From: a virus
Taxonomy: Duplodnaviria; Caudoviricetes
Reading direction: 5' to 3' (one strand)
Length of the DNA: 64,000 bases
IMG/VR virus record: IMGVR_UViG_3300029288_004944
Location: 75,458 to 139,457 of that record
Shown here: positions 52,807 to 61,897 of the stretch, piece after piece
How positions within the stretch are numbered: the first letter of the stretch is position 1
How the letters are laid out: the number at the start of each line of letters is the position of its first letter
Translations under genes and position numbers: made by a program
Notes under the pieces: model-generated
The model's input: only the letters and a program-made list of their open reading frames with translations
Database searches by the model: none
What the model was told of the DNA's origin: nothing

Positions 52807-53541
52807 CTAACCATATTTTATTATGGTATTCAAAATACAAGTTAGGTTATGTTTTACTACTTCAAAACTATCTTCAACATAAGCCATTGCTTGACCTGCA
52901 AATTCTCTTTGTTTATTTTCGGCTATCATAGCCTCTCGTTGAGTAATATACATCTCCATTTCAATCTTGCATTTTAATAAACTTGTTTCATCCATCTCAC
53001 CCCTCCTTTTCTATCAAATCTTTTAACCAATACATACATTGCAGGACATAGGATTTATCAGTGTGTGTTTTTGGAACACTATAAAATGTAAAATCTTTTA
53101 CTTTTTTAACGCCCAATTTCTTCATCAATAGCCACTCAATTTGCAGACAGTTATGTTTTAAATCGTAGGAGATCGGGAGCCAGAGATACTTTTCTTTCAT
53201 ATCACTTTCTGTCATCAAAAGATTACCTGCGTAGTCCATATTTTCGTAGTCTAACGAATAGACAAAATCGGTTTCTTCTCTTTTCCAATTCTTACTAAGG
53301 AACTTCGCCATTTTAGGTTCTGTGCATATTGATATTATTTCTTTCATTTCACTTTTCATTTGTCAACTCCCCTGCTTTCTGCATCTCTAAATTCTTTTCT
53401 TAAAATATTTTCACATTTTACACTACATACTACCATATCCCATTCTCTATCTATAATAACATTACTATTTGGTTCAAATTTCTTACCACAGTTCATACAA
53501 AAACTCCAACTATCCCCGCAACTCATATCTTTATATTTCAT
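52807..53541 (-). CDS. three small hypothetical ORFs (52807..52995, 52997..53359, 53356..53541)
   Basis: ORF track, coupled starts and stops. Confidence 0.6.
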
Positions 53542-53559
53542 TTAATCTCCCCATATACT

Positions 53560-54852
53560 TTACTTAAACTGTTCAATAATATTATCCACACTCTTTTCTG
53601 TTATATCCGAAAAACAAGTTGGACACTTTTTAGACTTTTTTAACATATCAATATATTCATTAACAACAGCATTACAGTCTTCGATTATTTCGCTTTTCTT
53701 TAACTCCAAAAATTCCAATTCTTCTCTTGTTTTATCAAACATTTCTTTTACTAATTTAATCTTATTTAACTTTTCATATGATGAAATAATAATATCCATA
53801 ATACTAAAATCAACTACTTTCATTTTTTCTGACTTACTTTTCAAAACACTTAGGTCATCTTTGATCAAAAGAAACCGATCTGCCAAACCACGTAAAACCT
53901 TATATTGATTATACTTATCAATCAAGATATCCATTACTTTCAAGTCTATTGACTTAAACAGTTCTTTCTTTTTCAACAATCCATCTCTATCTTCAATAAC
54001 ACTATTATAATTATCACAAAGATTGAACATTACCTTATATTTATTAAAATTCTCTACAATCTTCTCCATTATTTCAAAATCTAAATTTTTAAACAATTCT
54101 TTCTTTCTTAGTAGTATCTTTTTGTCCTCAATAATATCCTTATATGTATTATTAAGTGCATATAAAACATCATATTTTTCTTTCGCTTGCAAAATTTTAT
54201 CTATCAAACTTTTTAATTCAGACAACTTTTCTTTTATAATATCCATATCTTTATACTCATCTATCTGCAATTTCAAAGATTCCAATTCATCGCTTAAAAA
54301 TTTTTGTTCCTTTTTTATCCCACCCAAATCTTTATTCTTATCTTGTATAGCAAGATCAACAGCATCATTACCTGATATATTGCTCAATATCTTTGCCTTG
54401 GTAGAATCAGGATCTAATAATAAAAATGGGGACTCTTTCTGCTTACGATAATTAATCTGATAAGTCATATCTCCTATAACCAACGATCTCAATTTTAATA
54501 CATCCGATACATCCTCAGGAACAGTATTCTCAACATTCTCAAAAGGAATCTCTTGGCCATTAGCCATTGTTATAACATATTTATTAACCGTTTTACTTCC
54601 AATCTTGCCCTTTATACGTGCAACACGGACACCACTATCCAATTCAATTTCAACCTTAAAAGACTTAGTACCGTGGCGAATAAACATATCTGCACCACGT
54701 GGTTGATTATACAATATGATACTTAACGCCCTTAAAACAGATGTCTTGCCGGAATCGTTTCTTCCTACAATACAGTTATAACCATCAGAAAAATCAATTT
54801 CAGTATTTTTGTGCGATTGAAAATTCTCAAGCATTATTTTTTTTATATACAT
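53560..54852 (-). CDS. SbcC/Rad50-like ATPase, N-terminal half (Walker A, coiled coil, zinc hook)
   Basis: ENFQSH, GRNDSGKT, Q-loop region, ends shortly after CPTC. Confidence 0.9.
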   Translation of the reverse strand: MYIKKIMLENFQSHKNTEIDFSDGYNCIVGRNDSGKTSVLRALSIILYNQPRGADMFIRHGTKSFKVEIELDSGVRVARIKGKIGSKTVNKYVITMANGQEIPFENVENTVPEDVSDVLKLRSLVIGDMTYQINYRKQKESPFLLLDPDSTKAKILSNISGNDAVDLAIQDKNKDLGGIKKEQKFLSDELESLKLQIDEYKDMDIIKEKLSELKSLIDKILQAKEKYDVLYALNNTYKDIIEDKKILLRKKELFKNLDFEIMEKIVENFNKYKVMFNLCDNYNSVIEDRDGLLKKKELFKSIDLKVMDILIDKYNQYKVLRGLADRFLLIKDDLSVLKSKSEKMKVVDFSIMDIIISSYEKLNKIKLVKEMFDKTREELEFLELKKSEIIEDCNAVVNEYIDMLKKSKKCPTCFSDITEKSVDNIIEQFK

Positions 54853-54864
54853 TACATATCTCCA

Positions 54865-55503
54865 TTATCCCAATTTACTTACCCCATTTTCATCCTGTAC
54901 AATCTTTATTACTTTGCTTGCATAAGGTAAAAACTTTTCTTCGTGTGTAATAGAAATAATCTGTCTATTCATTGTTTTACTCATATCTTTCATAAACTGT
55001 CCCATCTTTTCAAGATTAATATCATCAAAACTTTCTCCTTCCTCATCTATGATCATAGGCCCTTCTATGACAGGAAGAGATAATCTTAAAAATATTATTC
55101 TCATTGCAATAGACAGGACATCGCTAATACTTCCACCCTTGGAATTAATTGGATCCAACTCAACCCATTCATCCCCCATCTTTGTCCAAACAATAAACCG
55201 GGCATTGGGAGCATTTCTCAATATCTCATACTTGATCTCAAATCTATACCCATCTCCCATAATAGTCTGCAAAGCAAAAGTCACGAGATCTTCAATACGT
55301 TTTTTAGTCGTTGCCCTCAAAGCCTCAGCAGCCAACTGCAAAAATAAAGATGTCTTTTGTAATAATTCAATTCTTTTATCCATTACTTGAATTTTAGATT
55401 CTTTATCCTGAATATTCTTCAATAACAGATCTCTTTTGCCCTCTTTACTATTGTAATCACGCAAAAGATTATCATACTTTAATATTAAATTCTCAACATC
55501 CAT
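54865..55503 (-). CDS. SbcC/Rad50-like ATPase, C-terminal half
   Basis: coiled coil, signature-like SKGG, Walker B IIDE, H-loop QIISITH. Confidence 0.88.
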   Translation of the reverse strand: MDVENLILKYDNLLRDYNSKEGKRDLLLKNIQDKESKIQVMDKRIELLQKTSLFLQLAAEALRATTKKRIEDLVTFALQTIMGDGYRFEIKYEILRNAPNARFIVWTKMGDEWVELDPINSKGGSISDVLSIAMRIIFLRLSLPVIEGPMIIDEEGESFDDINLEKMGQFMKDMSKTMNRQIISITHEEKFLPYASKVIKIVQDENGVSKLG

Positions 55504-55522
55504 AACAACTCCCTTTATTTAT

Positions 55523-55551
55523 AGTATAGCATACTTTTAAGCAAAAGTCAA
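55523..55551 (-). promoter_or_regulatory. sigma70/sigmaA promoter
   Basis: TTGACT-17-TATACT, extended -10 TG; -35 overlaps the upstream TGA stop. Confidence 0.85.
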
Positions 55552-55883
55552 GGAAAATCAACTCCCCTACAATAGTCAACTACATCTCCTTGTTCATTAT
55601 ATTCTTCTCTATCATTAAAATGACCTGCCTCCCACCATTCGAGAGATTCAAGACTACCATTCAATCTATATTCTTTTCTTTTAACAAATACACCATTCTT
55701 GTACCAATTACGATATCGGATATTTCCATTTTCATAAAACTCTTCATATGCAGGAAGATCATTATCACGATGGCATTGACTATTTTTATACCAAGAACGA
55801 TATTTTACAATACCATTTGGCCAATATTCCACATTAACAACATTAGATCCCAACCTTTTAATAATATCTTGTTTTAGGTCCAT
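55548..55883 (-). CDS. MORN-variant repeat protein with shortened leader, copy 6
   Basis: MDLKQDIIKRLGS + HRDNDLPAYE; start at TAA-T-ATG junction. Confidence 0.8.
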   Translation of the reverse strand: MDLKQDIIKRLGSNVVNVEYWPNGIVKYRSWYKNSQCHRDNDLPAYEEFYENGNIRYRNWYKNGVFVKRKEYRLNGSLESLEWWEAGHFNDREEYNEQGDVVDYCRGVDFP

Positions 55884-55884
55884 A

Positions 55885-56256
55885 TTAATTTTTCCTATTT
55901 TTACATCTCTTATCAAGATTGCCCTTCTTAGTATATCTTTTCATTCCCAAATATTTTTCACCTTCCCACCATTGAAGAAATTCAGCATTCCCATTTTCGT
56001 AAAAAAATACTCTTGAAGGAAGATCGTTGTCTCTATGCAATTGACCATTCTTGTACCAAAGACAAGAGCCATTATTGCCATTCTCATAAAACCATTTACG
56101 GGCAGGCAAACCATTATCCCTATGAATTTGACCCTCTTTATTATGCCACTCATTAAGTCTAATATTACCATTTGGCCAATAATCAACTACTGTTGGTTTG
56201 TCGTTATCGGCAATATCAGGCCCAAGACGTTTTATGATATCTTGCTTTATATCCAT
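55885..56256 (-). CDS. MORN-variant repeat protein with shared leader, copy 5 (two HRDN units)
   Basis: MDIKQDIIKRLGPDIADNDKP + HRDNGLPA, HRDNDLPS. Confidence 0.82.
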   Translation of the reverse strand: MDIKQDIIKRLGPDIADNDKPTVVDYWPNGNIRLNEWHNKEGQIHRDNGLPARKWFYENGNNGSCLWYKNGQLHRDNDLPSRVFFYENGNAEFLQWWEGEKYLGMKRYTKKGNLDKRCKNRKN

Positions 56257-56262
56257 TTTATC

Positions 56263-56559
56263 CTATCTTTTCTTACTTTTATTCATTTTTTTCTTTAAGT
56301 TTAACCATTCTTTTTTAGACGCGCACAACATTTCTCCTATACTTTTACCTCTATTACTCGGACAATTATACCCAGTTGGCATACCTCGAGCCCCATCTAT
56401 ATCAGAACAACTATCATTTTTATAACATGGGCAACCAACACATGCAATACTTATTGCATTACGGGCATAGTAATCACTTGCATTGTAATAATATTTTCCA
56501 TTAATGGCAAATTTCATGCCTAACGAAAGAAATTTTTTGTTGAATTTTTTCTTTTTCAT
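56263..56559 (-). CDS. basic Cys-rich hypothetical protein
   Basis: 98-aa ORF. Confidence 0.6.
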   Translation of the reverse strand: MKKKKFNKKFLSLGMKFAINGKYYYNASDYYARNAISIACVGCPCYKNDSCSDIDGARGMPTGYNCPSNRGKSIGEMLCASKKEWLNLKKKMNKSKKR

Positions 56560-57443
56560 TTTATTGCCCTATGAGTTACATCACCTTCCTTTCTTCCACC
56601 ACTACCATATCCATACCACCAATCACTTCGCCAATCTGCGTTAAATTTTTGTTTCAATAAATCAATTCTTGCCAAAATATCTTCTTTGGACATTAATGGA
56701 ATCTTGATAAAGCGTTGCAACCTATTTTTAATTTCTTGTTTTACTTTATCTTGAAATTCTTTTTTTAAAAGATTTTTTATTTTTTCTGCAAGCACATTTT
56801 CTTCCACTGATGACATTCTCCCTTTACTATCAACATCTACAATGAATTCACTTAATAAATTAGTTTGCAAATATAAATCTTTGGTACCTTTATTTCTAAA
56901 TATAATATCAAAATCTTTAAAATCAGGATTATTCTCTACATCTATTATATTATTATCTTTTAATGATTTAAAAAATTTTCCTCTTAAACTTATCTTTTGG
57001 GGCAATGCAATTTCATACCTACACATTATACCATAAACATATTTTTTCCCACAAATAAAAAATGAAAGTTTTATATCTTTTGTATAAGGAACTACATCAT
57101 AGATTTCATCATCATCATCCCACTCTTTTATATTTAATCCCAATTGAGTTGCATACAAAACCATTATTTTATATATATTATTTTTCTCATCACATCCATC
57201 TCCAAAATATTTTTGTATATCAAAATCCATAATCTCATTATATTGTTTTAAAATATCATTTTCAATAACCTTTGGAAGTTCATGTATATCATAATATCCA
57301 TCTAAATCTTTCATTTTTATTCTTTTCTTGGTATTCAAACGATTACTATGTTCTTTTGCCTTTTTATGACCTTTTATATCAATATGTTCATTCTCTCCAA
57401 CATCCGGAGACCAACGTTTAATTACCTCTTCTTTTAAATCCAT
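56556..57443 (-). CDS. hypothetical protein with leader variant (MDLKEEVIKRWSPDV)
   Basis: 295-aa ORF, GGAGG RBS. Confidence 0.7.
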   Translation of the reverse strand: MDLKEEVIKRWSPDVGENEHIDIKGHKKAKEHSNRLNTKKRIKMKDLDGYYDIHELPKVIENDILKQYNEIMDFDIQKYFGDGCDEKNNIYKIMVLYATQLGLNIKEWDDDDEIYDVVPYTKDIKLSFFICGKKYVYGIMCRYEIALPQKISLRGKFFKSLKDNNIIDVENNPDFKDFDIIFRNKGTKDLYLQTNLLSEFIVDVDSKGRMSSVEENVLAEKIKNLLKKEFQDKVKQEIKNRLQRFIKIPLMSKEDILARIDLLKQKFNADWRSDWWYGYGSGGRKEGDVTHRAIK

Positions 57444-57455
57444 ATCATCCTCCCT

Positions 57456-59546
57456 TTATGCAATACTCTGATAGTGTTGCACGGCACTTTCCCTATCCTT
57501 CAATTCCATTTTCTTTCCGGCATTCCAATTTTGGATCTTCGAAAAATATCCCACTATTCGCGTTATGCCATAAACATTATCACTCCCACAATGAACACAC
57601 TTCTCTTTCAACCCAAGAGACGTCTTGTTACAGGCATTACAAACCGTAAACTCCGGGCTTATCGTCATTTGAGACGTATGTGTATTCTTATAAACTTTCT
57701 CAATCAAGTTTAATATACTTTCTCTTGATGGCAACTTTTCCCCAACAAACGCATGCGTTATTGCTCCGCTCTCAATCAAAGGATGGAACTTGCTCTGCCC
57801 AATAATCCTATCCATTAAACTGATCGGTGCATTGGCTGCAAAATGGCACGAATTTGTATAATAAGGATTCCCACCCTCTATCCCCTTAACAATATTCTTT
57901 GTCTCCTCAGGATGACTCTTTAAATCCAATTTTGCCAATCGCGACGCAGCACTTTCCGCCGGACTTTCTTCCAATAACACTTTCACTTTATTTTCTTCTG
58001 TCAATTTACCTGTTTTCAATTTCATTGCAGCAATAACCTTTATCCCCAATTTGAAAGCATCTTCACTCTCATGCAATTGTTTCCCACTCATAAACTGCAC
58101 ACATTCATTCAACCCCACCATTCCTATAATGTAGGTGGCTTTATCCAAATCAACATAGGGCTTACCATCAGCACTATTCTTTCCAATCTCCCATAACGGT
58201 CCCCCATCCACCATTAATGACTGAATAAACTTCTTTCTCTGCATGTGTGCTTTCATTGCTAAACCCATCGCATTGTCCATTTTCTCATAGAATTTATCCC
58301 AATTCCCTTTACTTCTATATGCCAATTGAGGCAAGTTTATCGTAACATTCGCAAAACCGCAAAATCTCATAGACTCAGGATGATTCAATTCTTCGGGATC
58401 GACTATCTTACTGCGCAACCTGCAACAAGCCGACACTATAGCCTCATCGTTCCTATTAAATATAAAATAGGTACTGCCGTTCACGCTTGCAACCTCACAG
58501 GCTTTTTCCAATATCTTGCGTTGTTCAGGATCTGAAAAACTGTCAGCATCAATATTAAGATCTAATTTCGGAAATGAAAATGGCCTGCCGGAAGCATCGC
58601 CTTTCATCCATACGTCCAATAAAGCGTCAGCAAACATTTGAGCCTCTTTCTCATATTCGCCATATTTTTCTCCGGTATAGATTCCGCCTTTAATAACAGG
58701 CACATTTTTCAAATACTTTGGGACACCCGTAAATATGTTCGCATCAATAAATAACGATTGACCGCCGCGTGAAAATGCATTCTGCGACATGCTGTAAACC
58801 AAATACTGTGCTTCCTGCATTATTTCTTTCTTTGACAAACCCCTGATAAATGGGGCATAAAATATATTAAGGAAACTCAAACCCAAGGCACCGGCATAAT
58901 AGGCCTGCATAACCGATAGAAACGTGTTCAGGTGGCCGGTGAGAGTGTGGGCGTGATGGGCGGGGGTGGATCTTGTATCCAATCTCCCAAACTGCAATCC
59001 ATATTTCTTAATATATTCAATAGAATGCCCACTACAATAAACTCTTGATATCATACCCATATCATGGACATGAAATACTCCACTCAAATGAGCAGAAGCA
59101 ACATCTTTTGAAAAAACCTCAGATAATGCAAATTGTCTCATAATATTTTCTGAAAGAGAGAAATTTATCATTTCAGGATTATTCTGATTAACATTACTAT
59201 TTTCCAAACTCTTTCCTCTCAACATTTGATTCAAATCATACATTGATACACCAACTGTTGATTGTCTATCCAAACGCCTAAGCAATCCCATGTCCAATAA
59301 TATATTATCTATAACCTCGCGAATTAAACGCGTTGTTATTACTTTAAGACCTGAATGAGATAATCTCTTATCAACTTGTTTTGCAATCTTTTCTGCTGTT
59401 GCCTTATCAAGATTGGCTTCCAACATAAGAGAATCTATTATACGATTTTTATCCCAATCATTCACTTCTGTTGCTGTATTTGATATTAACAAAGATTTGT
59501 CAGTCAACGATGCAACATCTTTGTCTTTACGTACTTTGATGGACAT
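57456..59546 (-). CDS. nrdD: anaerobic (class III) ribonucleoside-triphosphate reductase with ATP cone
   Basis: HVHD, YC, CCRL, PAES, YTNS, CNAC/CVHC, RIVGYF glycyl-radical loop. Confidence 0.96.
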   Translation of the reverse strand: MSIKVRKDKDVASLTDKSLLISNTATEVNDWDKNRIIDSLMLEANLDKATAEKIAKQVDKRLSHSGLKVITTRLIREVIDNILLDMGLLRRLDRQSTVGVSMYDLNQMLRGKSLENSNVNQNNPEMINFSLSENIMRQFALSEVFSKDVASAHLSGVFHVHDMGMISRVYCSGHSIEYIKKYGLQFGRLDTRSTPAHHAHTLTGHLNTFLSVMQAYYAGALGLSFLNIFYAPFIRGLSKKEIMQEAQYLVYSMSQNAFSRGGQSLFIDANIFTGVPKYLKNVPVIKGGIYTGEKYGEYEKEAQMFADALLDVWMKGDASGRPFSFPKLDLNIDADSFSDPEQRKILEKACEVASVNGSTYFIFNRNDEAIVSACCRLRSKIVDPEELNHPESMRFCGFANVTINLPQLAYRSKGNWDKFYEKMDNAMGLAMKAHMQRKKFIQSLMVDGGPLWEIGKNSADGKPYVDLDKATYIIGMVGLNECVQFMSGKQLHESEDAFKLGIKVIAAMKLKTGKLTEENKVKVLLEESPAESAASRLAKLDLKSHPEETKNIVKGIEGGNPYYTNSCHFAANAPISLMDRIIGQSKFHPLIESGAITHAFVGEKLPSRESILNLIEKVYKNTHTSQMTISPEFTVCNACNKTSLGLKEKCVHCGSDNVYGITRIVGYFSKIQNWNAGKKMELKDRESAVQHYQSIA

Positions 59547-59574
59547 GAATCCTCCTTAAAATATTATCTTACTT

Positions 59575-60015
59575 CTAACTCTGTAAAAAAGTCAATAAAC
59601 CAGGATATAACGATAAATATGAACTATTACCACCCAAAGACTTTAGAATAATAGGATTGACATATAATGCTCTCGTATTATCCCACAGTTCATCCCTTTC
59701 ACAATCAAAATGTTCCAAATTATAAGATGCCTCAACCCCAACTATAACTACATTATGAGGTTTACTTGCTTCAATTTCTTCAAAAATTACCCTTGTGTAT
59801 GTTTCAAGAGTAAATGCCATATCATTAAATGGAGGCTGAGTATTAAGATCTTTCGAATATTTATCAATCACTTTGATCAAAATATCATCATCCATAATAC
59901 CTTTATCATCAAAATTATTTATATTTTCTGCCTGATAAACAATTTTAACGTTTAGGCGAATAGTTTCTTTTCCATGAACTATTTCCACTCTTTTTTTTCT
60001 CTCCATTATATGCAT
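59575..60015 (-). CDS. degenerate QueD/PTPS T-fold protein
   Basis: D.KGI.D...LN..PPF....T.E..R.IFEE pattern; no C..HGH. Confidence 0.55.
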   Translation of the reverse strand: MHIMERKKRVEIVHGKETIRLNVKIVYQAENINNFDDKGIMDDDILIKVIDKYSKDLNTQPPFNDMAFTLETYTRVIFEEIEASKPHNVVIVGVEASYNLEHFDCERDELWDNTRALYVNPIILKSLGGNSSYLSLYPGLLTFLQS

Positions 60016-60289
60016 TACCGTACTCCTCCTTTTTTAATTCAACATAATCAATGCACTTGTAAACAAGATGAGAACATTTGTTAACATATTTTTCAAAATT
60101 ACCGTTTCCGGGAACTTTAATCTTTGTTATAGATAAAGCAAATTGCCAATTTAGATGATTAGGACAACTATTTTTTTTGGAACATTTATGGCATAAATCA
60201 ACAATAATACCCTTTTTGCTCTTTAAAAAATTTTGTATATCTTCATCTATTTTATAAGTCAACTCTTTCTCTTTCTTTTCATAACTCAT
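59945..60289 (-). CDS. Cys-rich hypothetical protein
   Basis: 114-aa ORF. Confidence 0.55.
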   Translation of the reverse strand: MSYEKKEKELTYKIDEDIQNFLKSKKGIIVDLCHKCSKKNSCPNHLNWQFALSITKIKVPGNGNFEKYVNKCSHLVYKCIDYVELKKEEYGNAYNGEKKKSGNSSWKRNYSPKR

Positions 60290-60753
60290 GCAAGACTCCC
60301 AAGAATTGTATCATGATCAATAAATGCTTTTCTTATCTTAATCAAACCAACATACCATTCACCATACTCTTTAACAGTTTCAGCAAGTATTGATAATTTA
60401 TCCTTACTCTTAGACCATTTCATTTCACCTTTTTTAGATTGCCTTAAAATTCCGTGCAACAAAATATAATAAGTTAATGCTTCTTTCTGTGTTGGAGTTA
60501 AGATATCCCATTGCTCTTTTGATACTACAACAACATAGTCTGCATCAATTAAATATCTATTAACACCATTTATTAAAGAAATCTTAATCTTATCATCAAT
60601 ATCACTATTTTCTTTTGATTTCTTTGTACTAAACAAATATCTCACTCGTGCAGTTTTAATATCTAAATCCACATGCTTTATCATTGCCATAATCGTTCCT
60701 GCAACCTCTTTTACTTCTGCTGAATCATAAAAATCCTGTGTTTCATCACTCAT
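60286..60753 (-). CDS. phage metallopeptidase-like protein with degenerate active site
   Basis: D+V+++....W..L...QKEAL pattern; expected HEL.H reads YILLH. Confidence 0.55.
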   Translation of the reverse strand: MSDETQDFYDSAEVKEVAGTIMAMIKHVDLDIKTARVRYLFSTKKSKENSDIDDKIKISLINGVNRYLIDADYVVVVSKEQWDILTPTQKEALTYYILLHGILRQSKKGEMKWSKSKDKLSILAETVKEYGEWYVGLIKIRKAFIDHDTILGSLA

Positions 60754-60768
60754 TTTATCCTCCCTTTT

Positions 60769-61050
60769 TTATTTTTTATTAAAAACATCTCCCGATTCTA
60801 CCATCTTTTTATCTTCATATCCGCAAGCAATCCTGCGATAAAACTCCATACCAACACATTGCAATACTCCCATTATCTCATTTATTGAACAATAACGTAA
60901 TTTCTCTCCATACACTTCCCATAAAAGAGATGAGATAAAATAATTTAAATGCCCTGCTTTTGCATCCGGACCAACGATCTTGATTTTATCGGAAACTTCT
61001 TTGATTGCATTGTCATACTGTGGCCTATCTTCTTGTTTGATATAGGGCAT
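60769..61050 (-). CDS. conserved phage hypothetical protein
   Basis: MPYIK..R, G.LNY, EFYRR...YED.K...GDV. Confidence 0.75.
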   Translation of the reverse strand: MPYIKQEDRPQYDNAIKEVSDKIKIVGPDAKAGHLNYFISSLLWEVYGEKLRYCSINEIMGVLQCVGMEFYRRIACGYEDKKMVESGDVFNKK

Positions 61051-61415
61051 ATAACCTCCTTTTGTTTTTTACTCCAAACACATTCATACTGAACTTTCAT
61101 CATATCAATCACATCTTTTTTATGCTGTGTAATAATAATCTCATAAAGACTCATTTCATCTTCTTCAAAAATATCCCCATTAAACTTTGGAGGACTATTT
61201 GGTAGTATGTGTATTATATTTTTAGCAATATCTTGATATTGTTTAACCATATTGGCGTAAACTACAATAAAAAATAAGTTTTTATTTTTATTAGAGAAAA
61301 TATACTTTACACCATGTTTGCCTTTAAAAGAATTTAAAACCAATTCTGTTAGATTTGAAACTATCAAATTTCTCTTCTTAACATAAACTTTCTTGTATGC
61401 TTGCATAAATTTCAT
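60945..61415 (-). CDS. hypothetical protein
   Basis: 156-aa ORF; 3' end overlaps next gene by 106 nt. Confidence 0.5.
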   Translation of the reverse strand: MKFMQAYKKVYVKKRNLIVSNLTELVLNSFKGKHGVKYIFSNKNKNLFFIVVYANMVKQYQDIAKNIIHILPNSPPKFNGDIFEEDEMSLYEIIITQHKKDVIDMMKVQYECVWSKKQKEVICPISNKKIGHSMTMQSKKFPIKSRSLVRMQKQGI

Positions 61416-61438
61416 AAATTCATCCTTTCCACAATTTC

Positions 61439-61897
61439 TTATGGTGTCCTATAATCCTGATCTGGAATTGATAAATACCAATTACATATATGTTTAAGAG
61501 CATCATCAACATTATCAAAAACTCTTGAACAAAATCTTCTTACCCAAAAATGTTTTCTAAGATCACTACTATCGGAAACAAACACCACGGGAATATGTTT
61601 TATAAGATGAGCAATAGTTATTTCACATGGCGTTCCAAAAGGAATTTTACCCGTACCCTCTTTGGGCTTATTCATAACAGCCAAAACTAAATCTGAATTC
61701 ATTACATCCATTACATCACGATCAACAACCTCCCCACAGCACATTTCATCATATTCTAATTTTTCCTTTCCTCTCATTGGATTTAAAATCTTTACCTTAT
61801 CACTATACTCTTTTAAAAATTTAGTTGCATGCTCACGCCAATTAGTTGCTCCGGCCATATCTTTTCGATCAATAATCCCTGCTAAATAAATATTCAC
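61439..61897 (-). CDS. nucleoside 2-deoxyribosyltransferase / dNMP N-glycosidase family
   Basis: IYLAG.I, NPMR, RD..DV..SD.V, GT..E. Confidence 0.83.
   Translation of the reverse strand: MNIYLAGIIDRKDMAGATNWREHATKFLKEYSDKVKILNPMRGKEKLEYDEMCCGEVVDRDVMDVMNSDLVLAVMNKPKEGTGKIPFGTPCEITIAHLIKHIPVVFVSDSSDLRKHFWVRRFCSRVFDNVDDALKHICNWYLSIPDQDYRTP

Noticed and set aside
25406-56256. Diversity-generating retroelement explaining the MORN paralogues
   Set aside because: No reverse transcriptase in the window, differences between copies are not adenine-specific, and the conserved part is at the 5' end rather than a TR/VR pair.
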